The notes under the pieces are model-generated. The model worked only from the letters and a program-made list of their open reading frames with translations, had not been told where the DNA came from and searched no databases. A stretch of DNA of 64,000 nucleotides from Octopus sinensis (Eukaryota). The DNA is taken from contig NC_043011.1 of assembly GCF_006345805.1 (NCBI RefSeq), positions 61,454,464 through 61,518,463 on the forward strand, read 5' to 3'. Within the stretch, counting starts at the first letter, position 1; each line of letters begins with the position of its first letter. Positions 38,200-51,326 of the stretch are shown one piece after another. The position numbers and the translations under genes are program-made.

Positions 38200-40096
38200 T
38201 ATATATATACACATACATGAACATACTCACGCTCTGATACACACAGAGATATGTAAGTATATACATAGCGGAGAGTTTAACTCTTGGTTCTAATTAAATC
38301 AATAAACAGAATATACATACATATACACAAAGATACACATCTACACACACATGTATATATATATAGATATATAGATACATACATACATAGACAGATAGAT
38401 AGATGGATAGATAGATATGTCACTATGCATACATACGTACATATATATGTACATGTACGTATGCATTTACATATATGTATATGTCTGTGTAATGCAATGT
38501 AAGCCACTGAGTATCTTGAAGCTAAAATGCAGATCAGCCATTCAAGAGGGGTCGACAAAAAAACAAAACAAAGAAAACAAAACAAATACCAAATAAAATT
38601 GATAAGTACTGGTGTTGTTACTGGATACGAACAACTAAATTGTGCCCCAGTCTGGCCGCAGTCCAACAACTCTTATTCCTTTGTTTTTGTTATTTACAAA
38701 CGAATCAGGGCGGTGTAACTGAAAACGATTTTTCCCGATACGTAGATAAATGTACACTTGAAGTCCTTGAACGTATGTTACGTGTCCAAGATTGTTTGGA
38801 GGAATGAGTGTTACATTTCAACTGGTGACCTGTTGCGATCCGATTACTTGCAGGAGAACGGACACCATTTAAGAGGCCCAACGATCTGGTGGTTCGTATT
38901 AAACCACGCAATGGATTAAGTTCACTACACGAGAAATGCAAGTGTCACGCTAGTGAGCTTCTTCACAGCTTCCATCTACCTAATATCATTCGTAAGAAAT
39001 TTAGTAGATTTGTGTTTATGGGAGAAGACACATAACATAATACAGTGAGATCGAACCCGAAATCACGTGGTTACTGAGTGAATCTATTAACCACATTGCT
39101 ATGTTTCAATAATCCATCTATCAGAACAACAAAAATATACTGGGAAGAATTAAACTCGAGAACAAGCTATAGAACTAAAATAGCCGGACGACGGGGAGGT
39201 ACTTGCAAAGCTGTTGGTTCATAGATCTAAAAAGACCAGGTGAATGTCCTAAATGTGGAAGCCATTTTCCTCCTGAGCACTAAATAAATACTAAACTACC
39301 CAACCTTTACACTCTAATGACTTTCGGTGGCGTATTTTGTCTTAAATTTACCGATCATTTTATGCCAGTTGTGTAAAACATCGTCCAAGTACTTCGTCTT
39401 GCTCTTGTCAGTACTTTCTGCTGTATAAAGAAGTTTCTGCTTTGCTGAGAAACTCTAATAAGGCTGAAACATATCCTTTAAACTCTGATTATTCTCAGGG
39501 ATTCATTATTTTGCTTTCAATATACTAATTTTATACGCCGATCTTGTAAAATATTGTGCGAGTACTTAGCAGTCTTCCGTTTCTAGTTCCGGCAATATGA
39601 AGAAGTCTGTGCTTTGGTGAGAAACTCAAATATGACTGAATCACGTCGGGACTTGCCATCCGTAATTGCTGAAATGATGAAAATAATGTTTGTTCTTTGA
39701 CTCGTTACTTTGAAATCTCTTTTGCGCAGTCAGATGTCACTTTACGTGGAATGAAACAATGCAGTTATGAATAAGAAGAGCTGATATCAATGCATTGCGA
39801 GACTTCACATTTCTAGCATCACTCCTTCATAGTCAACCAATGAACTTTCCACCCCACCCTCGTAATAATCCTTTCTACTGTAAGCAAAATTGCTGACATT
39901 TTAGGAGAGCATAGTTTTGACGATTACAGTGACCCCCAGTGGTTCTTCTTCCATCGTCCGCAAAGGGTTGAATGCCGATGTCCATCTCGCTGAAATTTCA
40001 ACTCAGTCAGAATGCTAGACTTGAAGAGACACCGCGAAGCATTTTGACCGGCGCAATAACGATTCTGTCAGTTTGCAACCTTTTTGATGATAATGA

Positions 40097-40144
<48 letters not shown>

Positions 40145-40161
40145 CACCAAACACCACCACC

Positions 40162-40208
<47 letters not shown>

Positions 40209-40272
40209 AACTACTACTACTACTGCTGCTGCTACTGCGGCTGCTACTACAACAAATAATAATAATAATTAA

Positions 40273-40489
40273 GGCGGCGAGCCGGCAGAAACGTTAGCAT
40301 GCCGAGTGAAATGTTTAGCACTATTTCGTCTTCCGTTACGTTCTGAGAGGTCGACTTTGCCTTTCATCCTTTCGGGGTCGATAAAATAAGTACCAGTTAC
40401 GCACTGCGGTCGATGTGATCGACTCAATCCGTCTGTCTGTCCTTGTTTGTCCACTCCGTGTTTAGCCCCTTGTGAGTAGTAAAGAAATA
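40273..40489 (+). mobile_element. Family-1 SINE
   Basis: Near-complete copy with a small deletion around the B box. Confidence 0.85.
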
Positions 40490-40510
40490 TATTATTATTA
40501 TTATTATCAT

Positions 40511-40740
40511 TATTTCTTTATTACCCACAGGGTACTAAACATAGAGGGGACAAACAAGGACAACAGGGGGATTAAGTCGATTACATCGACCCCAGTTATT
40601 AACTGTTACTTATTTAATCGACCCCGAAAGGATGAAAGGCAAAGTCGACCTCGGCGGAATTTGAACTTAGAACGTAATGGAAGACGAAATAGTGCTAAGC
40701 ATTTCAACCGGCGTGCTAACGTTTCTGCCGGCTCGCCGCC
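40511..40740 (-). mobile_element. Family-1 SINE, tail-to-tail with the previous copy
   Basis: Complete reverse-complement copy; 21-nt spacer. Confidence 0.9.
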
Positions 40741-40854
40741 TTAATTATTATTATTATTTGTTGTTATAATAAAAATAATAATAATAATAATAATTTCTAA
40801 CTTTAATTATTATTATTATTTGTTGTTATAATAAAAATAATAATAATAATAATA

Positions 40855-41018
40855 ATTTCTAACTTTGGCACAAGGCCAGAAATTTCGAGAGAGTGATCAC
40901 CTGGTAGTATGAGAATCAAAGTCGACCACGGCGGAATTTGAACTTGGAACGTAAAACCGAAAGAAATGCCGCTAGCCATTGTGGTCCAGCACGTTAACAA
41001 CATCTGCAGCTCGCCACC
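40855..41018 (-). mobile_element. Family-1 SINE, degenerate
   Basis: AAAGTCGACCACGGCGGAATTTGAACT. Confidence 0.7.
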
Positions 41019-43841
41019 TTAATAACAATGATTACCATCATGTAGATGATAGTGATGATGGTGATGATGATGACGATGACGATGACGATGACGATGATGC
41101 AATATTAACCACTTTTATTTGCTTTAAGCTGAACAAATGGACAAAAGTTAAATTCTTTTTATTTCTTCCGTTGATGTTTTTAATTCGCTTTTATCTTCCC
41201 TCTTTCCTTTTTTCTTCTTTCGTAATTTCTTGTTCCTCTTATAAACCATTGAAATGAAGTGCCCGTTGAGTCTCCAATTTAAGAGAGGTAATTAAGACAA
41301 TCTTAATTACCAAGAAGGTATTTAATTGCTGACTTGGGTCGTTCTATCTAATCTAGCAGACCATTTCATTGCTACTAAAAAGTTGGCAATCGTTCTCTCA
41401 TTTTATTTCCACTCACATCATTGAGGTTCGATTTCTAAACAATCATAAAAATCGATAGGTGGCTGGGTGGGGCTAGAGTCGAGATTAGTCTTGGTCTTTC
41501 TGTTATTGTTGTTCTTGCTGTTACCGTTATTACACTGCTACTGTTGTTGTTGTTATCGATGATGATGATGATGCTGTTGTGGCTGTTGTGGTTGTTGCTG
41601 TTGCTGTTTTTCTTGTGTGTTACTGTTGTTCAATACCGTCCCATTCGTGGCCATCCCGTCTCCATTGTCCAATATATAGATTATGCAACCCAATGTGTTT
41701 TCTTTATTTAGGACATTTTGAGCAGGGATTGTGGTTCTGCTGCTATTTGTAGCAGATGGATCGGCCTTATAGAGGTGCCCTTGGCTAACTCAGTCGGTAG
41801 AGTAGAACGGGACACTCCGTCGTAAATGATATGTGAGAATCTCAACGTAGTTGTTAGAAAAAGTGATCAAAATCCCTCTGAAATCACAAAGGAAAGTTAT
41901 ACTCGGCTGTTAAGTCTGACATAATGTACTTCAGAAAATGCAGGATGGGTATGGCCTGAATGCCGATCCGATCGATCATGGATACCTGTGGCTACACAAC
42001 AAAGACTGTGAGGAATATCAATATGGTTACATGACATGTAAAAAAAATAGCAGCCAAATCTCAGTCGACTTATACCTTACCGTCGAATAAAAAAACACAT
42101 TAGATATTGCAAATCTAACTGTTCTAAATTGTCCGAAGAAAAGAATATGAAGGACGATCACAGATTTATCGCCTTTGGTCTTGCGTATACTTGGAGACCT
42201 AGGGTTAAATACTAACAAAACAGCACTATACCATTGACGAGAGTTTAATTAACGGGTAATGATATAATGTTGATACACTGCACAATGATGTGATCTTAGT
42301 TGAACCCCTTAAAGCTTTGTTGGTTAAGGATCTCACTATTATTACAAACGTATTTTGTTTTTCAATTCGTTCAATAGAGAAAGATGAAATATTAATTATT
42401 TGCTAAGATGTTAGATTTAAATAATATTAGACATTCTAAGCACGAATAAGAGACAGAAAATAGTAATCGTACCACTGAGTGGGTGCGAACCTCGTCTCTG
42501 CTCGTTGGCTGTGATCACATAACTGTGTTACCAATACAGAGCACCAGCTTTCACTTTAAAACTATAAATTTTTCTGCTATCTTAAACGTAGTATTATGCA
42601 TCCACATTATAATTCGTCGGTCGTATCTACTTGCATAATATATGTGTTTATAGAAAGTCCATACCTAATGTAAAGCCCATGAAAACAAAGAAAGAATAAC
42701 AGAGTCAACACACCCTCCTGTACAAAACGCGGTAAAGAATTTCGTATTCATAACCACAAAACATTTTCCAGTTGACTATAAATAACATTAGTTCTTTAAC
42801 AGGAATAATACAAACGTCAGCTGTAACTGAAATTGGAAAGGAAATTATGTCCTCCTAAATATTACCAACAAAATTAGATATAATTGAAGAACAGTAAAAC
42901 ATTGTCCGATGAAGGATAATTGCTTCAAAAAAGAAAATAATAAAGTATCAGCGATGTTTGGTAAAAAATGCATATACAGATGACTAACTAACGGATATTT
43001 AATGTTAGGTATGCATAGCACTTAATATCTTTATATAACCTATGCAGAAGAATTTAACATCGTTATAATAGCATATTTGGAACATGCTGAGGACTAATAG
43101 ATAGTGCCACCCCTAAGTAGATTGTTTTGAAAAGTGACCACTATTCGAAACATTATAACGTTGTGTGCTTATATTAATACATGGTATGATTTCCTCACAT
43201 AGGCATAAAAACTAAATCTAGTTACAGACTGCATAAATAACGAATGTGTAGCAATGTGGAAAGACAGCAAATTGGCTGCAAGTAATGAACAACAGTTATG
43301 CCTTCTCCGCAGAATAGTTGTAATCAACTGCAATGTTCTATTACTATAAACGACCAAAACAGGCTGAATTAAGACAAACTAAATCGCAGAGTTAACAATC
43401 GACACAGAATTTTAAAAAAATATAATCATTTGAACATCTCACATAGTCATAAAGAAAAACCGTACAGTATGAATCTCGACTAATAATAAAAATCTCCTAA
43501 AAAATATATTAAAATACATTATGGACATTGTACAGAACACAAGCTGGCAATTTTCTTTAGAAACCATCAATTTTGTATGTATCGCATATGTGAAGCGTTT
43601 CGATATGAGTGCGTTTGTGTGTGTGTATATGTGTGTGTCTTTATATGTGTGTGTACAAACATAGAGGTAGGCATTACAGTGTGTTTAATACACTCACTTT
43701 TTAACAACGGAGCTTCGGGTTGAGTCCTATTGTAGGAAATTCCGCTGCACACATGTAGGCGAGGGTGGGTGTTTTATGTATATTAATGGGGGCGTGTTCA
43801 GGTTTCTCTTTCATCGTTTCTCAACCGTTGTCTTTCATTTT

Positions 43842-44220
43842 TTCTTTTACTTGTTTCAGTCATTAGACTGCGGCCATGTATAATTATTAGTCGAACGGAT
43901 CGATACCAATACTTATATTTTGAAGCCTTGGAAATATTTTATCGGTCTTCTTTGCCGAACCGCTAGCTTCCTGGGACGCAAACACAAACACACCAACATC
44001 AGTTGTCAGGCGATGATGGGGGAATAAAGACAGACACTGACACACACAGACATATACACTTACACGCACGTGTGTGTGTATGCACAACAGTTTCTGTCTA
44101 CCTAATCCACTCACAAGGCTTTGGTCGGCCCGAGGCTATAGCAGAAGACACTTGCCCAAATTGTCACGTAGTGGGACTGAACCTGGAACCATCGTGTTGA
44201 GAAGCAAGCTTCTTGCCGCT
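43842..44220 (-). mobile_element. Family-2 SINE
   Basis: CACTCACAAGGCTTTGGTCGGCCCGAGGCTATAGCAGAAGACACTTGCCCAA. Confidence 0.8.
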
Positions 44221-44478
44221 GTGATGCATGTAACGGTTAATCATAAGTCATAAGGTTTCGAGTGGGACGAATGGCTAGAAAGTCGGATAAAATGCCATAC
44301 AGGGTTTTTTCCGCTCCCCTGCGTTCTGAGTTCAAATTCTATCGAGCAGAAAAGTGTTCTTCATCTTTGCAGGGCATATCTCGTGACATTGTTCTCCAGA
44401 ACTTTAAGAAAGACAGGTTCATCCAGACTGGACGTGTCCCGGATCACAGCTTTTCTCAGCATCTCACTTAGAACTAAA

Positions 44479-44518
<40 letters not shown>

Positions 44519-45462
44519 AAATAATATTCTTTTCTACTTTAGATACAAGGCTGGAAATTTTAGGGGAGTGGGGCCACAGAATTACATGGACCCCAGCATT
44601 CTACTGGTACTTATTCTATCGACCTCGAAAGGATGAAATTCAAAGTCACCCTCGGAACTAATTAGCTAACATTAAAGCCTTTACGTGGTGGCTCGATCTG
44701 CTAGAAAGAACCGCGGAAATCTCTCTCGACTCATCTTTTACCATGATAAAAAAGAAAAGACGCACATTAGTTAATGTTGGTCTAGATATTACATAAAAGA
44801 CGAGATGGCCATGGATGGCATGCATTTCATCAAAGACGTGTTGTTGTTGTTGTTGTTGTTCTATCGGGACAACAACAACAACCAGATCAACCACAGAAAC
44901 AACAAGAACAATATAACATTGTAATATATTCTCCAAGTTGACATTCCGGATCGTTCAGCGGAAAGAGGAAAAAGACATTTTGTTATTTATTTATTTAGTT
45001 CACCTGTTTCGTGTAATCGAACAGTTCAAGCAACGCAAATCGATTTCTAGAATACATTCCAGAATTCATAAATTCTTCTTGGAGTAACTTATTCGCAAAT
45101 ATGCATCGGGAAGTGATCGATACATAGCAATGCAGACGGCGTACGGCGGCAGACAATATGGAATGTTGTCGACAACGATGGTGGTGGTGGTGGTGGTAGT
45201 GGTGGTGACGTTGGCGGCGCTGGTCCTGGCGGCGGTGGTAGTAGTGTTGGTGGTGGTGGAGGCGGTGGCGGCGGCGGTGATGGTTGTGTAGTTGTTTTTC
45301 GGTCATTGGAAGCTGGAGTGGTTTGCACACGTGATCTGCAGTATCCTTTACCGCCATACTTCGCTTCTCATTATTTTTTTTATCTTCAATCATTCACAGA
45401 CCAGTGCACATACGCAAACTGGCGTAAACACATGTACACGCAGACAAACAGACACGCATACG

Positions 45463-45523
<61 letters not shown>

Positions 45524-45935
45524 ACACACACAAACACACACATATGTGAACCCCTTTCTCCCAGGTCCAGCAACTGAAAATAAATAAATAAAAACCAAAC
45601 CAACATTACCGAAGTTGAAAAAAGTGAGAACACTGGTCTCGAACACTGGTCTTCACTGGCCTCGAACTGGCCTCGAACTGGCCTCGAACTGGCTTCGAAC
45701 TGGCCTCCAACTGGCTTCGAACTGTTTAAACCTTTTCACAGGCTAACCCCGTATGCCTTTTTGTCTCATTTCAAATAAAAGAAAGCATTTGTCATGGCCT
45801 TTATAGGAACTTCGCAACTGGGAGAAAAAAGGGAGACAGGGGGAGATAATCCTCAAAGTAGATGCTTGACCAGGTCGCTTATAACAGTGGACTCTGATAA
45901 ACTTCGTCAAGATGCAAGGTTATTACAGATATAAA

Positions 45936-45962
45936 AGTAGTAGTAGTAGTAGCAGCAGCAGC

Positions 45963-46021
<59 letters not shown>

Positions 46022-46085
46022 CAGCAGTAGTAGTAGCAGTAGTAGCAGCAGCAGTAGTAGTAGTAGTAGTAGTAGCAGCAGCAGC

Positions 46086-46120
<35 letters not shown>

Positions 46121-46215
46121 AAGTAATGGTACTAGTACTAACGGTAGTTGTAGTAGTAGTAGCTGTAGTAGTAGTAATAGTTGTATAAGTAGTTGTAGTT
46201 GTTGTAGTAGTAATG

Positions 46216-46252
<37 letters not shown>

Positions 46253-46277
46253 GAGGAGGAGGAGGAGGAGTAGTAGT
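45936..46277. repeat. (AGT/AGC)n compound microsatellite
   Basis: Directly visible. Confidence 0.95.
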
Positions 46278-46783
46278 CCCCTATGCAATAGTTTCACATA
46301 CGCGCAAACAGATGCACAACGGACACGCACCCTATATACAGCAGTCATATACAAATATACAAACGTACAGACACACCATACACACATATCTACCACTATA
46401 CAATCTGCTACCCACACACATACACATGCACCCCACCCATGGTAGTTTCCTCTACTCAATACTCAAGCGAGAGCAAAGAACTTATCAGGCCAGAAGGAAA
46501 GCCTTGTCACATTTTAAACGTTTCTTTGCTCTCATCGTTTATCTTTTCTTTTTCTAGTTTCATTTATTTGACTGTGGCCTTGCTGGGACACCTCCTTCAC
46601 GGGTTCTACTCGAGCGAATCGACCTTAGTACTTTAAAAACAAAAATAAATTCTGGTATTTATTCTAACGGTCTCTGTTGCTGAACCGCTCAGTTACGAGG
46701 ATGTGAACATACCAGTACCGGTTATCAACGGTAGTGGTGGAGAAACACAGACACAAAAACACACACACGAATAAGGACATATA

Positions 46784-47017
46784 CAGGGTTGGCCAAAAGT
46801 CACCTGACAGTAAATCAAAACCATTTAATACCAAGATTTGTTTATGTTCAACAACTGAATGAATTTAATAAAAGCGTCTAAATATGAAACATCATGAAAA
46901 TTGTTCAAACTGAAGTCCTTCTTGAGCAAAATATTACTTCCATTTGCGTCAATACAGAATTCCAGAAAGTATTTATGGAATTTTGATCTACTGTCGGGTG
47001 ACTTTTGGCCAACCCTG
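46784..47017. mobile_element. Tc1/mariner-type MITE, 234 bp
   Basis: 37-bp TIRs (CAGGGTTGGCCAAAAGTCACCYGACAGTARATCAAAA, 2 mismatches) with TA on both sides and an AT-rich non-coding interior. Confidence 0.92.
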
Positions 47018-47028
47018 TATATGTGTAC

Positions 47029-47189
<161 letters not shown>

Positions 47190-47439
47190 CAGATAGATAA
47201 TAGATAGATAGACTCACACGCTCACACACACACACAGACACAACACACAAACATAGATATATATATATGACGGGCTTTGTTCAGTTTCTCCTATAAATCC
47301 ATTCCAATGTTTTGGCCATGCCGACGTTATAGTAGAAGACATCTGACGAGGTGTCACGCAGTGAGGCTAAAATCGGCGTATTGTGGTGTGGAGGTAAACT
47401 TCTCACCACATATCTGCCCCTGTACCAAAATGAGTTTAA

Positions 47440-48715
47440 CAGGAATGAATGTAATATTTAATCCAGATAATATTTCTCCTAATTTTATCATATCTATTTA
47501 TGCGGCAACGTGGTCATCCTTCGGTTACAAAATGTCTTCAGGTTTCGAAGTTAATAAATAATTTTTAACTTCCTCACAATTGGTAAAACTATTATTATTT
47601 TTAAATAATGTTACAATGATCCAAAAAGATGATCGTCAGATGGCGCTAGATCGAGGAGATGAAGGAGGCTGAGACAAACCTTCCATATTTAGTGGCATAA
47701 TACTTTCCTTGCTGAAAGTGGCCTTGCATCATCTTGTCAGGACAAAACTCTTTTATGGGAGTGTTGCAATATTTTTGTGCATTGCTTCAAATTAACTATT
47801 TCTTTACTATCCACAAGGGTCTAAACACAGAAGGGACAAACAAGAATAGACAAACGGATTAAGTCGAATACATCGACACCAGTGCGTAACTGGTACTTAT
47901 TTTATCGACCCCGAAAGGATGAAAGGCAAAGTCGATCTCGGCGGAATTTGAACTCAGAACGTAACGGCAGACGAAATACCGCTAAGCATTTCGCCCGGCG
48001 TGCTAACCTTTCTGCCAGCTCGCCACCTTTGCCGAAGTTATGGGATGTAAACACACCAATTTGCTTCAAATTAACGACATTAGTTCGCATGAACTGTTTT
48101 CATTTTGGTTTAACACTTCATCACAGACGACAGCCCATATATACCACCAAAACAGGGCATAACTTTTATTCTGGTGTCGTCTTGGTTTGGGAATGGATTC
48201 GTCTGTTCCATTCGGATGCTAATCCGTGTCGTTTCCGTTGGACATGATTGCAGAAAGGACCCCCTTCTCATCACTTGTACACATTCTACCCAAGAATGCT
48301 GCAGTGATAAGTCTACTTTCCAATGACAAGCAGAGAAAAATTCATTAAGTTGATGAGGAGTCAGATGTCACCTGGCCAAGCTACAGCTCCTGAAGAAGTT
48401 TTATGACCAAAGTGTGACTCGGATTCAACTGCTTTGTTAATTCTTGTGGAGTTTGTTTTAGATTTCCTTGAACTATGGTTCCAGAAGGTCAATATCCCGA
48501 GATTGCTATCACGTGGGAAATCAGTGGGTGAGAAATTTCCCGAGAGAAACTAGTTAAAACATCGTTGGATGCTTAAAGCTTTGTTTCCATTGAGAGAACG
48601 AATATTTCTTGCCGTTTCAATTGCTGTTTTGATCCCGTTTCGCATTGATTCAATTTGCAACTTAAACTTATTTTTGAAGGGAAAAATCGATAGAGATTTA
48701 ACCACCATGGCATAA
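47440..48715 (-). mobile_element. Decayed mariner (DD34D-type) transposase, interrupted by a SINE
   Basis: AIETARNI..QRCF..FLSGNFS, TSDEKG (TGDEKW motif), QDDARP, QPP.SP..APSDDHLFGSL and SKPED. Confidence 0.75.
47797..48028 (-). mobile_element. Family-1 SINE with a 15-bp TSD
   Basis: TTGCTTCAAATTAAC at 47782-47796 and 48061-48075; extra filler at 48029-48060. Confidence 0.92.
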
Positions 48716-48758
48716 ATTAATTTGTAAAGAAAGACGAAAATGTAGAATGCAAAAAATA

Positions 48759-49176
48759 GGCGTAGGCGTGGCTATGTGGTAAGAAGCTTGCTTCTCAATA
48801 AAATGATCCTGGGTCCAGTCCCACTGCGTGGCACTTTAGGCAAATGTTTTCTACTATAGCCTCGGACCGACCAAAGCCTTTGTGAGTGGATTTGGTAGAT
48901 GGAAACTGAAAGAAGCCTGTCGTATACACACATACACACACACATACACATGTATACGTGTGCGTGTGTGTATCATTGTGTCTGTGTTTTTCCCAGACCA
49001 CCACTTGACAATCGGTCTTGGTGTGTTTACATCCCATAACTTCGGCAAAAGTGACTCTAGTATAAGTACCAGGCTTTAAAAAACAAGTCCCGGGGTCGGG
49101 TTGTTCGACTAAAACGCACCAAGGCGATGCCCCTGCATGGCCACAATCAAAACAATTAAAAGAAACAAGTAAAAGA
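48759..49176 (+). mobile_element. Family-2 SINE
   Basis: Full head, CORE-like segment, CA/TG tract and 3' half. Confidence 0.88.
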
Positions 49177-49634
49177 TTAAAAAATTATGATAACGCTTAT
49201 TTGAGCGTAGGAATAGAAAACGTACCGTCTGAACGGTCATATAAAAACCGCAACAGGAGACTCTTACCAATCTCATACACACATCTGTCACACAACCAAA
49301 CACTCGTGTATACAAACTCTATGCAAATATGATTGGAGCTTTCTACTCTCTCCCTCTCTCTCTATCTCTATCATACACACACACACGCTCACACACAAAC
49401 ACACGCAAATAAATACTCCCGCACAAACAGATACAAAAGATACAAACACACCGACTACAAAACTCCACCTACAGGCAAAGGCACTCACGCTAACACATTT
49501 GGAATACATACTCGTGCAGAGTACACATACACACATACACGCAAGCATCTGTCATACAGTCAAAACGCACATGACATGAACATATACTCAATAACACACT
49601 ATTCATATATATATATATATAGACATACACATAC

Positions 49635-49669
<35 letters not shown>

Positions 49670-49777
49670 AGTACATATATATATATGCATAGATACATAC
49701 ACGCACACACGGATATATACATACATATCTTCCTACATACGTACCTACCTATCTACCTATATACATACATACATACA

Positions 49778-49810
<33 letters not shown>

Positions 49811-50429
49811 GTATGTATATGTGCACATGTGTATGTATGTATAATTTCAATCAACTGCGCTCTCACATGTCCTTGTATAAAAGCAGCTGATCACATGATT
49901 GATCACTGTCTACAGTTCCACTTCACTGGTTACCAATAGCGACAGAATCCTCAAACTAGAACCAGGCGGATGTAAACAGATCATCATCACGAAAGGATTA
50001 ATTCATTAATCTTTTAACGCTTGCAGCTTGTGAGAATCATGTGCGAAGGCAAAATACGAATCGCGAATGTTATTGAAACACGTTGGTCGTAAAGGGGAAG
50101 TTGTTGTCCCGTAACGAAACACAGTCAGCAGTCAGAGTATTTACCTCCAAATCCGCCGAAACGTACTTCATATAAATATGCAGTCCATTGATTTGATTCT
50201 CACTGTTTACGCTGTGGTTGTAGATATATTAATGGTTGGCAGATATCAGCAAGCAATTTGCTTGCTGAAGTTATAAACGAGAGCCTCGGGGTCTTGTGAA
50301 ATTTGTTTTTGCGGGGAGGCTTTGCGCTTATGGATCGAATGTGTTGTAAACTCATCACAGACAGAGTTTACGATATTAGTATAACCGCACGTCTACTGCC
50401 CTAACCACCGGGCCATTGCGCCTGCACAC

Positions 50430-50545
50430 ATGTACGTATGTATGTATGTATGTATGTATGTATGTATGTATGTATGTGTATGTATGTATGTATGTACGTA
50501 CGTACGTACGTACGTATGTATGTATGTATGTATGTATATATGCAC

Positions 50546-50576
<31 letters not shown>

Positions 50577-50636
50577 TGTATGTATGTGTGTGTGTGTATG
50601 TATGTATGTATGTATGTATATATGCACATATGTATG

Positions 50637-50670
<34 letters not shown>

Positions 50671-50744
50671 TGTACGTACGTATGTATGTATGTATGTATG
50701 TATGTATGTATGTATATATGCACATATGTATGTATGTATGTATG

Positions 50745-50777
<33 letters not shown>

Positions 50778-51016
50778 GTGTGTGTGTATGTATGTATGTA
50801 TGTATGTATATATGCACATATGTATGTATGTATGCATGTATGTATGTATGTATGTATGTGTGTGTGTATGTATGTATGTATGTATGTAATTATGTATGTA
50901 TGTATGTATGTGTGTGTGTATGTATGTATGTATGTATATATGCACATATGTATGTATGTATGTATGCATGTATGTATGTATGTATGTATGTATGTATGTG
51001 TGTGTGTATGTATATG
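50430..51016. repeat. (TATG)n array with recurring ATATGCACATAT and TACG variants
   Basis: Directly visible. Confidence 0.95.
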
Positions 51017-51020
51017 TAAA

Positions 51021-51326
51021 GGCGCGAGGCTTAGTGGTTAGTTCACTCGTCTCACGATCTTAAGGACATGATTTCGATTCCCGACTGTGCATTGTGTCCC
51101 TGAGTAAGCTCCAGTCCACTCAGCCAACAAAAACGAGTGGTCCCTGTATTTATTTGGAAAGGCCAGCATTGTCAGTTTTTATGTCTCGCTGGATTTTCTT
51201 GAGAACTACATTATGGATACGCGTGTCTCTGGAGTACTCAGCCGCTTGCATGTTAATTTCACGAGTGGGCTGATCCGTTGATCGGATCGACCAGAACCCA
51301 CATCCTCGTAGCCAACAGAGTGCCAG
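51021..51326 (+). mobile_element. tRNA-derived SINE, family 4
   Basis: GGCGCGAGGCTTAGTGGTTAG head, TTTCGATTCCC B box, and body GAGAACTAC..TATGGATACGC..GAGTGCCAG shared with 63196-63470. Confidence 0.75.

Noticed and set aside
38746-38920. YISTGDLLR resembling the adenylate kinase HISTGDLLR motif
   Set aside because: No upstream P-loop and no splice context. The following LQENGHHL looks more like a Tc1/mariner C-terminus, and neither reading is well supported.
50376-51041. 130-200 aa MYVC/HTYI ORFs
   Set aside because: Translations of (TATG)n. The same applies to the YI, LSIY, E/K/R, S and H/P ORFs elsewhere in the track.
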